From contig JALWKV010000046.1 of the NCBI GenBank assembly GCA_027081275.1, positions 2,315 to 66,314 of the forward strand: a stretch of 64,000 nucleotides of DNA. Reading direction: 5' to 3'. The notes under the pieces were generated by a model. It was not told the DNA's origin, searched no databases, and saw only the letters and a list, made by a program, of their open reading frames with translations. Source of the stretch: Gammaproteobacteria bacterium. GTDB taxonomy: Bacteria; Pseudomonadota; Gammaproteobacteria; UWMA-0217. A program made the position numbers and the translations under genes. Shown here in pieces: positions 38,052-48,100 of the stretch (position 1 is the stretch's first letter; each line of letters opens with the position of its first letter).

Positions 38052-39230
38052 ATGGCGGAACACTTGCTGATCGTCGCCGGAGAGCCCTCCGGCGACATGC
38101 ACGCCGCCCATATCGTCACCGCGCTGCGCGGGCTGCGCCCGGATATCGGCATCGACGCCATGGGGGGCGAGGCGCTGCGCGGCGCGGGGGCGAACATCAT
38201 CGTCGACAACCGCGATCTGGCCGTGGTCGGGCTGGTCGAGGTCATCAGCCACTATCCCGTCATCCGTCGGGCGCTCAAGCGTCTGCAACGACAGCTCGAG
38301 ACCTCGCCACCGGACCTGCTGGTGCTGGTGGACTACGTCGAGTTCAATCTCAAGCTGGCGCGTCATGCCAAGGCGCTCGGCGTGCCGGTACTGTTCTACG
38401 TCAGCCCGCAGGTCTGGGCCTGGCGACCGGGACGGGTGAAGAAGATCGGCGCCAGCATCGACATGATGGCGGTCATCTTCCCCTTCGAGACCCGCTTCTA
38501 TCGCGAGCACGGCATTCCGGTGCGCTATGTCGGCAATCCGCTGGTGGGCAAGGTGCGGGCATCGCGGCCCGCCGAGACGGTCGCCGATGCGCTCGGCCTG
38601 GACCGCTCAGGCCCTGTCGTCGGCCTGCAACCGGGCAGTCGTCGCAGCGAGCTGGCGCGCCTGTTGCCGCTTTTTCTCGACACGGCGCGACGGATTCGCG
38701 CATCGCTGCCGGCAGCGCAGTTCGTTTTGCCGGTGGCGCCGGGACTGGACCGCGCCGCAATCGCGGCGCAGATCCCCGACGACCTGCCCGTTGCCGTCAG
38801 CGATGACTTCGGCGCCTACGACGTGATGCAGCTTTGCGACGCCATCGTCACCGCTTCCGGCACGGCGACGCTCGAAACGGCGCTGATGGGCGTGCCGATG
38901 GTCATCGCCTACCGGGTGTCGCCGCTGAGCTATCAGATATTCCGCCGCATGATCCGCATTCCCGATATCGGGCTGGTCAATATCGTCGCCGAGCAACGCA
39001 TCGTCGATGAATTCATCCAGCACGACGCCACGGCGGAGAATATCGCCGCCGCCACGCTGCGGCTGCTGCGCGACGATGAGGCCCGCGAGCGGCTGCGGCA
39101 AGGGTACGAGGCGGTTCGGCGCAAACTGGGCGGGCTGGAGGGATCGACCGAGATGGCCCGTCTCATCGACGACATGCTCGACGGACGAACGCCGGAACTG
39201 TCCTGCCATCAACGCAGACGTAACACTTGA
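38052..39230 (+). CDS. lpxB: Lipid-A-disaccharide synthase
   Basis: AGEPSGD, YVSPQVWAWR, PGSR, SGTATLE. Confidence 0.95.
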   Translation: MAEHLLIVAGEPSGDMHAAHIVTALRGLRPDIGIDAMGGEALRGAGANIIVDNRDLAVVGLVEVISHYPVIRRALKRLQRQLETSPPDLLVLVDYVEFNLKLARHAKALGVPVLFYVSPQVWAWRPGRVKKIGASIDMMAVIFPFETRFYREHGIPVRYVGNPLVGKVRASRPAETVADALGLDRSGPVVGLQPGSRRSELARLLPLFLDTARRIRASLPAAQFVLPVAPGLDRAAIAAQIPDDLPVAVSDDFGAYDVMQLCDAIVTASGTATLETALMGVPMVIAYRVSPLSYQIFRRMIRIPDIGLVNIVAEQRIVDEFIQHDATAENIAAATLRLLRDDEARERLRQGYEAVRRKLGGLEGSTEMARLIDDMLDGRTPELSCHQRRRNT

Positions 39231-39557
39231 TTACACTCCCCCCATGCGAGCGACCAAACTCCTGTAGACAGCTGTGACGCGGTTCAACTAATCTATGCAG
39301 ACAAACATATAGCATTCTAATTACTTGGGTTTTTACTGCTCGCCGCGGAACAGCCCAGCCGTAACTCAGGGATGACGCACGGGGCACTGGAGGCCCGGTG
39401 AAAGCCATTCCAGTGTAAACCCGGCCCGCAGAGGCCACGGAAGCGTTGTCGAGAACCGCCACACACCAGACGGATTCCGGTCGTGCATGCGGGCAACAGG
39501 CAGCCACGCCAATCCTCTTCCCTTCTGGCAGTCACTGAGGGGGATACGGGAACGGGC

Positions 39558-42500
39558 ATGAGCGTCATCGGGTCAGCATCAAGAAGAATGAAATCCTACT
39601 ATTCGCCATCCCCTCCGCGCCGTCAGCCCAATGACGCGGACGACAGACAGGGGAGCAACAGATGGGGTCTGTTGATCCTGGCGCTGATCGCCGGCGCCAT
39701 CATCATGCTGCTGGTCAGCTCGATCCCGCTGACGGTGGAACAGCAGACGCTGTTCGTCCTCGCCTCGCTCGGCCTGTCGCTGCTACTGCGGCCACAGAAC
39801 GAGCTGGCCCGCTACCGGGTCATCGTCTTGATCCTCATCTCCTGCATCGCCACCGGGCGCTACATCTTCTGGCGCCTGACCGAATCGCTGGGCTGGTTCG
39901 ATCCCAATCTCGAACTCACCTTTCTCGACTATCTCTTCTCCGCCGGCCTGCTGCTGGCGGAGATCTACGCCTGGATCGTGCTCTACCTCGGCTATTTCCA
40001 GACCGTCTGGCCACTGCGCCGCGACATTCGCGAACTGCCCGAGGACGACGAGCAGTGGCCTAGCGTCGATGTCTTCATCCCCACCTACAACGAACCGCTG
40101 AACGTGGTGGCGCCGACCGTGCTGGCGGCGCTCGATCTCGACTGGCCGCAGGACAAGCTCAACGTCTATCTGCTGGACGACGGCTGCCGCGAGGAGTTCG
40201 CCGCATTCGCCGATGAAGCGGGCGCCGAGTACATCGAGCGCGAGGGCAGCGAGGGTGCCAAGGCCGGCAACATCAACAACGCGCTGGCGCAGACCGATGG
40301 CGATCTGGTCGCCATCTTCGACAGCGACCACGTCCCGACGCGCAACTTCCTGCTCGATACGGTCGGCTGGTTCCTGCACGACAACGACCTCGGCCTGCTG
40401 CAGACGCCCCACCTCTTCTATACCCCCGATCCGGTGGAGCGGAACCTGCAGGTTTTCCACCAGGTGCCGAACGAGGGCCAGCTCTTCTACGGCCTCGTCC
40501 AGGACGGCAACGACTCCTGGAACGCCGCCTTCTTCTGCGGCTCCTGCGCCATCATCCGCCGCGACGCGCTGGAGGAGGTCGGCGGCGTCGCCACCGATAC
40601 CGTCACCGAGGACGCCCACACCTCGCTGCTGATCCAGAAGAAGGGCTGGAACTCGGCCTACCTCAATACCCCGCTGGCCGCCGGACTCGCCACCGAGCGG
40701 CTCTCGGCCCACATCGGCCAGCGCCGGCGCTGGGCGCGCGGCATGCTGCAGATCTTCCGCAAGGACAATCCACTGCTGGCCCGTGGCCTGACGCTGGCGC
40801 AGCGGCTCTCCTATTTCAACGCGATGTTGCACTTCCTCTTCAGCCTGCCGCGCATCGTCTTTCTCACCGCGCCACTGGCCTATCTCTATTTCGAGGCCTA
40901 CGTCATCCAGGCCTCGGCGGTGCTGATCGCCATCTACGCCCTGCCCCATATCTTCCAGGCGCAGGTGGCCAACTCGGTGATGCAGGGGCGCTATCGCCAC
41001 AGCTTCTGGGCCGATGTCTACGAGACCATCCTCTCGCCACATCTGGTGCGCCCAACGCTGACGGCGCTGATCGCGCCCGACAAGGGCAGCTTCAACGTCA
41101 CCGACAAGGGCGGCGTCGTCAAGGAAGACTTCTTCGACTGGAAGTCGGCCAAATTCATCTTCCTGCTGCTGGTTCTCAATCTGGTGGGACTGGGCTTCGC
41201 CTTTGTGCGCCTGTTCTGGTGGAATCCCGACGAGACCGGCACGGTACTGATCAATCTGGCCTGGACCGTCTACAACAGCATAATCCTCGGCGCCGCCATC
41301 AGCGTCGCCTGGGAAAAGCGGCAGCGGCGCGAAGAGCCGCGCGTCCACCGCAAGTACGACGCCTTCGTCCGTCTGCCCAACGGCAAGCGAATCCGCGCCG
41401 AGACCCGCGACTTGGCGCTCTCCAGCCTCAGCCTGCATGTGCCGCCCGACCTGCGCATCGAGCACGGCGACAATATCAGCATCGAGATCACCGATGGCAA
41501 CCACAGCGCCAGCTTCGCCGGCACCGCCGTCACCATCGCGCCCCGCCACCTCGGCGTGAAACTGGCGCCGATGCCGGCCTGGGAGCAGCAGGAGCTGATC
41601 TATTTCAGCCACGGTCGCGAGCACTGCTGGGACGACTGGTATACCGCCTGCGAACCGAGCAAGCCACTGGCGTCGTTTCTGGAGATCATCCGCCTCGGCA
41701 TCATCGGTGCCATTCGCGCCGTCTTCGGCCACTCCGACGACCCGGAAGTCAATGCCCGGCGTCTGCGCCGCCTTCGCGCCGCCGCCTCCGGCGCGCTGAT
41801 TCCCTTGAGCGCGCTGTTGGCGACGCCGGGCGAGCTGCGCGCCGAAACCGCGACGCCACCAGTGGCCGAGACCGCCGAACCGGCGCCGCGCCCCCCTTCC
41901 GGCTTCGCCGAAACCCGCACTCTCAGCTTCGCCGATCTCGGCGTCGAGCGACCGCTCAAGCTGCGCGGCGGCAACTCGCAGGACGATGTCTGGTTCCACG
42001 TCCGCGCCGATCGCATCGTCAAGCAGGGCGAGTTACGGCTGCAATACAGCATCGCCAGCGAACTGCTGGAAGATTTCACCGATGTCGCCATCACCCTCAA
42101 CGGCCAGCCGGTCGCCACCATACCGATCACCCCGGAGAACGTCGACCGGCCACTGGTGGATGTCTTCGCCATCGACCGGCTCAACTTCAGCGATCTCAAC
42201 CAGCTTGCCTTCCGCCTCGTTCCGCGCGACGAGGAAAACTGCGAAAAACTCGACACCGAGGCCATCAGCGTCGAGATCCAGCCACGGAGCGAGATCGTGC
42301 TACACATGAATCCGCTCGACCTGATCAACGATCTGGCGCTCTTCCCGGTGCCGTTCTACGACTTCCGCGACGACGGGAAACTGGTGCTGCCCTTCCTGTT
42401 CGGAGAAAAGCTCGGCCAGTCGCTGCCGGCGTTGAAGGCCGGCGCAGTGCTCGCCTCCTGGTTCGGTGCCAAGGCGGACTACCTCGGCGCCAGCTTTCCC

Positions 42501-44051
42501 GTCTACACCAGCCCGATCCCGCTGCAGCACGCCGTCGTCTTTCGCACGCCCGGCTCGCAGTTTGCCGGGCTGTCGTCCCGTCCCATCGAAGGCCCGTCGG
42601 TGGAGGTGCTGAGCCATCCACTGGAGTCGTCGATCAAACTGCTGTTGGTCTCCGGCCGGACGCCCGAGGAGCTGGTCATTGCCGTGGAGGGGCTGGTCTC
42701 CGGTCAGCTCGAACTGCACGGCAGCCAGATCAGCGTCGATACCGACGCCTTCAGCATCGCGCCGCGCAAACCCTACGACGCGCCCCGCTGGCTGCATGAC
42801 CAAGACAAGACCTATCTGAGCGAACTGATCGCGCCCGGCAAACTGATCGCGCGGGGGATTTCGCCGAAGACCATCCGCATCAACTTCCGCATGGCGCCCG
42901 ACCTGTTGATCTGGCAGAACGAGAGGGTGCCACTGCATCTGGGCTACAGCTATAGCGACCTGCCGCTTCAGCCCGGCAGCACGCTCGACATCGGCCTCAA
43001 CGGCGACTGGCTGGCGAGCTATTCACTCGACGGCCAGTCCGGCAAGCGGCCCGAGATCGATGCCGAGACCAGCGAAGCCGAGGCGCCGATGATCCGCAAG
43101 CAGACCATCGTCGAGCTGCCGGTGCGCCGCATGATCGGCCTCAACCAGATCAGCTTCTACCCCAACCTCATCCTGCCCGAGGAGGCCGCGCGTCAGTGCG
43201 CCGACATCTATGTGCGCCACATGACCACGGCCATCGACCGCGATTCCTACATCGACCTCAGCGACCACTACCACTTCGCGCGACTGCCCGATCTGGCCAA
43301 GTTCGCCAACCTCGGTTTCCCCTTTACCCGCTATGCCGATCTGCAGGAGACCGCGGTCATCCTGCCCGCCGCGCCGGACAACGACGAGATCCAGTTCCTG
43401 CTCAACGTTATGGGCATCACCGGCGCGGCCACCGGCTTTCCCGCCTTCGGCGTCACCCTGCTCTACCCCGATGACGTCGACGCCGCGGCGGAGAAGGACA
43501 TCCTGCTGATCGGCAGCGACGATCGCCAGCCGCTGGCCGAGCGCTGGCGCGACCACATGGCGCTGAACCGCGACGGCGAGGGCAACTGGACGCTGCGCGA
43601 GCTCTCCCTCTTCGAGCGGCTGTCGCTGTGGTGGAAAGGCGAGAAGCTGGAAGACCTGACCTCGGCGGCCCGCATCATCGAGGCCAACAGCGGCGACATG
43701 ACGGCACTGAGCGGATTCCAGTCGCCACTCGACAGCGACCGCTCGGTGGTGATGCTCGTCTCCAGCTCGCCGGCCTATCTGCGGCAGCTCAACGAGGCAC
43801 TCTCCGAGCCGAAGCGACTGGCGCTGATCCAGGGCGACCTGACGGTGTTCTCGGGCGACATCATACGCGGCTTCCGCGTCCTGCCCAGCTACTATCTCGG
43901 CGACCTGCCGTGGTACACGAAAATCCGCTGGTATCTCTCCACCCACATACTGGCGATGATTCTGCTGACGCTGGTGACGATTCTGGTCATCGCGCTGGCG
44001 CTGAAACTGCTGCTGTCGGAGCATGCCCGTGAACGTGTCGCCAGCCGTTAG
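39558..44051 (+). CDS. bcsAB: Fused cellulose synthase BcsA-BcsB
   Basis: GT2 motifs DDG, AKAGN, DSD, TED, QRRRW, FNVTDK, PilZ RxxxR; then BcsB (PDLAKFANLGFPFTR, IQGDL, C-terminal TM); start 39558 or 39588. Confidence 0.93.
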   Translation: MSVIGSASRRMKSYYSPSPPRRQPNDADDRQGSNRWGLLILALIAGAIIMLLVSSIPLTVEQQTLFVLASLGLSLLLRPQNELARYRVIVLILISCIATGRYIFWRLTESLGWFDPNLELTFLDYLFSAGLLLAEIYAWIVLYLGYFQTVWPLRRDIRELPEDDEQWPSVDVFIPTYNEPLNVVAPTVLAALDLDWPQDKLNVYLLDDGCREEFAAFADEAGAEYIEREGSEGAKAGNINNALAQTDGDLVAIFDSDHVPTRNFLLDTVGWFLHDNDLGLLQTPHLFYTPDPVERNLQVFHQVPNEGQLFYGLVQDGNDSWNAAFFCGSCAIIRRDALEEVGGVATDTVTEDAHTSLLIQKKGWNSAYLNTPLAAGLATERLSAHIGQRRRWARGMLQIFRKDNPLLARGLTLAQRLSYFNAMLHFLFSLPRIVFLTAPLAYLYFEAYVIQASAVLIAIYALPHIFQAQVANSVMQGRYRHSFWADVYETILSPHLVRPTLTALIAPDKGSFNVTDKGGVVKEDFFDWKSAKFIFLLLVLNLVGLGFAFVRLFWWNPDETGTVLINLAWTVYNSIILGAAISVAWEKRQRREEPRVHRKYDAFVRLPNGKRIRAETRDLALSSLSLHVPPDLRIEHGDNISIEITDGNHSASFAGTAVTIAPRHLGVKLAPMPAWEQQELIYFSHGREHCWDDWYTACEPSKPLASFLEIIRLGIIGAIRAVFGHSDDPEVNARRLRRLRAAASGALIPLSALLATPGELRAETATPPVAETAEPAPRPPSGFAETRTLSFADLGVERPLKLRGGNSQDDVWFHVRADRIVKQGELRLQYSIASELLEDFTDVAITLNGQPVATIPITPENVDRPLVDVFAIDRLNFSDLNQLAFRLVPRDEENCEKLDTEAISVEIQPRSEIVLHMNPLDLINDLALFPVPFYDFRDDGKLVLPFLFGEKLGQSLPALKAGAVLASWFGAKADYLGASFPVYTSPIPLQHAVVFRTPGSQFAGLSSRPIEGPSVEVLSHPLESSIKLLLVSGRTPEELVIAVEGLVSGQLELHGSQISVDTDAFSIAPRKPYDAPRWLHDQDKTYLSELIAPGKLIARGISPKTIRINFRMAPDLLIWQNERVPLHLGYSYSDLPLQPGSTLDIGLNGDWLASYSLDGQSGKRPEIDAETSEAEAPMIRKQTIVELPVRRMIGLNQISFYPNLILPEEAARQCADIYVRHMTTAIDRDSYIDLSDHYHFARLPDLAKFANLGFPFTRYADLQETAVILPAAPDNDEIQFLLNVMGITGAATGFPAFGVTLLYPDDVDAAAEKDILLIGSDDRQPLAERWRDHMALNRDGEGNWTLRELSLFERLSLWWKGEKLEDLTSAARIIEANSGDMTALSGFQSPLDSDRSVVMLVSSSPAYLRQLNEALSEPKRLALIQGDLTVFSGDIIRGFRVLPSYYLGDLPWYTKIRWYLSTHILAMILLTLVTILVIALALKLLLSEHARERVASR

Positions 44052-45156
44052 CGCCGCCCTCATCGCCGGCGCGCTGGTGGCGCTGACGCCCGCGCCGACG
44101 CCCGCCTCCGCCGCCAGCACGGTGACCCACGAGGCGTCACGGTGGCCCCAGTGGCAAGCCTACAGGGAGCGCTTCATCCAGCAGGACGGCCGCGTCATCG
44201 AACACTCCCAGCAGAGCCGCACCACATCCGAGGGGCAGGCCTACGCCCTGTTCCACGCGCTGGTGGCCAACGACCGCGCCATGTTTGCGCGCCTGCTCGA
44301 CTGGACCGTGAAAAACCTCGCTCAGGGCGACCTGTCGCGGCATCTCCCGGCCTGGCTGTGGGGCCGGCGTGACGACGGCAGCTGGGGCGTCATCGACGCC
44401 AACGCCGCCAGCGATGCCGACATGTGGCTGGCCTGGACACTGGTGGAGGCCGGCGAACGCTGGCGCATCGACCATTACCGCCAGCTCGGCGAGCGCCTGC
44501 TGCGACTGATCGAGCGGAAGGAGACGACCCGACTCCCGGAGCTCGGCGCGATGCTGCTGCCTGGCCCGCGGGGCTTCCATCCCGACGAACACCACTGGAA
44601 GCTCAACCCCTCCTATCTGCCATTGCAGCTGATGCGGCGTTTCGCCCGTGTCGGCAACGCCGGACTTTGGGACGAGATCGCCGCCAACACCGTGACGCTG
44701 ATCGAGCGCGCCAGCGCCGACGGCATCGTGCCGGACTGGGTGATCTATCGCGACGACGGCACGCTGCGGGCTGACGACAAGTCACCGCGCGGCGAGATCG
44801 GCTACGACGCCATCCGCGTCTATCTCTGGGCCGGCATGCTGCCGCCGACGGAGCCGCTGCGCTCCCGCCTGCTGCGACTGCTGAACCGCAATTGCGGCGA
44901 CCGGCTCGTCGCCTCCGCTGGCGACGCCCCCGGCATTCGCATCGCGCTGGCGCCGCTGATGAAGACCACCGGCAACCACCAGTGCCTGAGCCGGCTGGTG
45001 CGGATGGTAGACCACGCTTGGCGCGATGGCCTGCTCGGCGACCCGGCCCGCTACTACGACCAGAACCTGTCGATGTTCGCGCTGGCGTGGCTGGAGAAAC
45101 GTTTTGCATTCAAGGCAGACGGAGGTCTGTGGATCGGTGACCATGAAACTCGCTAG
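44023..45156 (+). CDS. bcsZ: GH8 endoglucanase BcsZ
   Basis: TTSEGQAY, LPAWLWG, ASDAD, YDAIRVYLW. Confidence 0.93.
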   Translation: MPVNVSPAVSAALIAGALVALTPAPTPASAASTVTHEASRWPQWQAYRERFIQQDGRVIEHSQQSRTTSEGQAYALFHALVANDRAMFARLLDWTVKNLAQGDLSRHLPAWLWGRRDDGSWGVIDANAASDADMWLAWTLVEAGERWRIDHYRQLGERLLRLIERKETTRLPELGAMLLPGPRGFHPDEHHWKLNPSYLPLQLMRRFARVGNAGLWDEIAANTVTLIERASADGIVPDWVIYRDDGTLRADDKSPRGEIGYDAIRVYLWAGMLPPTEPLRSRLLRLLNRNCGDRLVASAGDAPGIRIALAPLMKTTGNHQCLSRLVRMVDHAWRDGLLGDPARYYDQNLSMFALAWLEKRFAFKADGGLWIGDHETR

Positions 45157-48100
45157 GAGAGGAAAACGCATCGGCCTGCTGCTGGCACTGTCGAGCCTGC
45201 CGGCGCTCACCGCCATGGCGGCGAGCCAGCCAGGGGACATCCAGCAGCTGCTGGTGCAGGGGCACTACTGGGTCGGCCAGGGCCACCCCGATCTGGCCAT
45301 CGCCGCCTGGGAGAAGGTGCTGCTCACCGATCCCGACAACGCCGAAGCGAAGAACGCGCTGCGGGAGCTGAAGGACTTCCACCCCTCGCTGATCGACCAG
45401 ACCAAGCTCGCGCTGGCGCGCAAGCTGGCGCGGCAGCACAAGTACGCCGACGCGCTGAAAATGTACAAGCTGGCGTTTGCCGGCGGCACGCCCAACAGCT
45501 TCTACGCCGCCGAATACTACGAGACGCTCAGCGGCACGCGCGGCGGCTGGAAGACCGCCGTCAAGGCGCTGTCCGAGTTGGTGCGCAAGTATCCTTCCAA
45601 CCCCTACTACAGGCTGGTTCACGCCCGCGTCCTCACCTATCACGAGTCGACGCGCCGCGACGGCATCGCCACGCTCGAGCAGATGGCCGGCGACGACAGC
45701 CTCGACCGCGAGATTCGCGCCAGGGCCGACGAGGCCTGGAAGAACGCCCTGCTCTGGCTGCCCGGCATCAGCAAGGATCGGGCGCTCTACGAGCGCTATC
45801 TCGCCAGGCATGCCGACGATGCCGAAATTCGCGACCGGCTGGCCAATCTCGACCGCATCGGCAAGCACAACACGCTGCAACAGGCCTGGGATCTGCTGGA
45901 GAAGGGTGAAGCGGAAAAGGCCGATATCATCTTCTCCCGCCTGCTGCGCAACGCGCCGGACAACGCCGATATCCACGCCGGTCTCGGCGTCGCGCGGATG
46001 AAACTGCAACGCTTCTCCAGCGCCGCCGAACATCTGGAAAAGGCGCTCGCGCTGGCGCCGGAGGCGCATCCGGAGCTGCAACCGCTACTGGAGGAGGCGC
46101 AGTTCTGGGCCCGCTACAAGGCGGCGGAGCAGGCCATGAAGCGGGGCCGCTACCGCGAAGCCCTGAAACGCCTCGACGAGGCGGCCCAGCGCCGCCCCGA
46201 CAGCTTCGAGGTGCTGCTGCTGCGCGCCGCCATCGAGGCGCGGCGCGGCAACATCCGCACCGCCAGCAACCTCTACGACGAAGCCCTGCAGCGCCGCCCC
46301 GACAGCCGTGACGCGCGGCGCGGCCTGCTGCAACTGCTGATCCAGTCCGGCGACGAGGCCGCCGCGCTGCGGCTGTTGCGCAAGCATCACCTTTCGGAAA
46401 CCGAGTTCCGCAAGGCGCGCAACCGCATCAGGGCCGAAAGGCTGCGCCAGCAGGCGCGCCTGGCCGACGACCGGCGCAGCGCCATCATCGACCTGCGCAA
46501 GGCGCTGGAACTCACCCCCGAAAACGCCTGGCTGCGGCTGGAGCTGGCGCGCCTGCTGACCGCGGAGGGGCAGGATCACGAGGCGCGCGACCTGTTCGAC
46601 GGCTATCTCCACAGTTTCCCCGGCGACGACGAGGCCCACTTCGCCGCGGCCATCTTCCACGCCGAGAACGGTCGGCAGGCCGAGGCGCTGGCGCAGATGG
46701 AGGCGATTCCGGCAGCGCACAAGAGCGAGGCGCAACTGCTGTTCGAGCAGCGCCTGCGCGCGCGGCTGCAACTGGAAAAGGCAAAGCAGCTGATCGCCGC
46801 CGGCGACTACCACGCCGCCCGGCTGGTGGCCGAAAAGCTGCAACGGGATACCGACGACCCGATGGTCGCGCTGATCCATGCCGAGCTGCTGGCGCGCATC
46901 GGCGAGGAGAAGGATGCGCTGTGGCAGGCCCGCAACGCCTGGAAATCGGCGCAGGACGACACCGGCGCGGCGCAGCAATACGCCACTGTGTTGCTATTGA
47001 CCCACCAGTATCAGGCGCTCGACCAGCTGTTGATGGCGCTCAGGCGCCGCCCCGGCCTGACGCCCGCCGATGAGAGCGCCCTTGCCCGGCTGCGGCTCGG
47101 GCTCGAGCTGGAGCTGGCCGACAATCTGCGCAAATCCGGCGACTACAATGCCGCCTGGCGGCAGCTGCTGCCCTTCCTGCCGGCCCAGGCCGACCATTCC
47201 GCGCTGCGCACGCTGCTGGCCAGCATCTACCACGACGCCGGCAACGACGAGATGGCGCTGCGGCTCTATCAGGAGGAATTCGCCCGCCACCCGGACAACC
47301 GCGACGCCTGGGGAGGCGCGGCGGGCGCGGCGATGGCGCTCGGCGACAATGCGCTCGCGGCGTCGCTGATCGAACAGGGACTGGAACACAACCCCGACGA
47401 TCCGGTGCTGCTGGTGCAGCGGGCGCAACTCGACTATCTGCGCGGTCGCCGCCAGTCCGCGCTGGCCGATCTCGACAATGCGCTGGCCCAGGCCGAAACA
47501 GCGCCGCACGGCATTCGCCAGCGGCTCGCCGAACAGTTTCCCATGCCCAAAGCAGCGGCAACGCCGGTGGCCGTCGACGACAACACGCCGTGGGCGCGCG
47601 AGGCGTTGGCGCTGAAGCAACGCATCGCGGCCGAAACCGCCACCACGCTGACTGTCGGCACGGCGCTGCGCCAGCGCAGCGGCACGGCCGGCCTCGACGA
47701 ACTCACCACAGTGGCGCTGCCACTCGAGTGGCGCAGCGCCCTCAACGCCGACATGCACTGGGGGCTGCGACTGACGCCGACCCTGCTCGACGCGGGCGCC
47801 GCGAGCGCCGCCGAGGCCCATCTGCTCGGCAGCGAGGCGACCGGCGTTCCGGCCGCCAGTGACGACCTCAGCGACGAGGGGGCACAGGTTTCGCTGTTCT
47901 ACGAAGGCCGCCAGTGGGACGCCGATGTCGGCATCTCCGGCGCCGGACTGCTGCGGAACAACGTGGAGGGGCGCATCGCCTGGAAGCAACAGGATTTCGA
48001 CAACCAGCTTATCGTCGCGGCGGAACGCCGCACGCTGCGGGAAACGCTGCTGTCATGGGCCGGCCTCAAGGATGACCAGACCGGCATCGAATGGGGCGGC

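Noticed and set aside
39370..39465. Cobalamin or c-di-GMP riboswitch call
   Set aside because: Only scattered short matches (CCGGTGAAA, GCCAC, GGAAG); core elements and spacing are missing. Kept only as an unassigned leader.
45026..45142. Extended N-termini in the ORF track (bcsC, and likewise sdhE, the LolA-like gene, chaN, rnhB)
   Set aside because: They overlap upstream genes or MITEs; downstream ATGs with signal peptides or family N-termini fit better.
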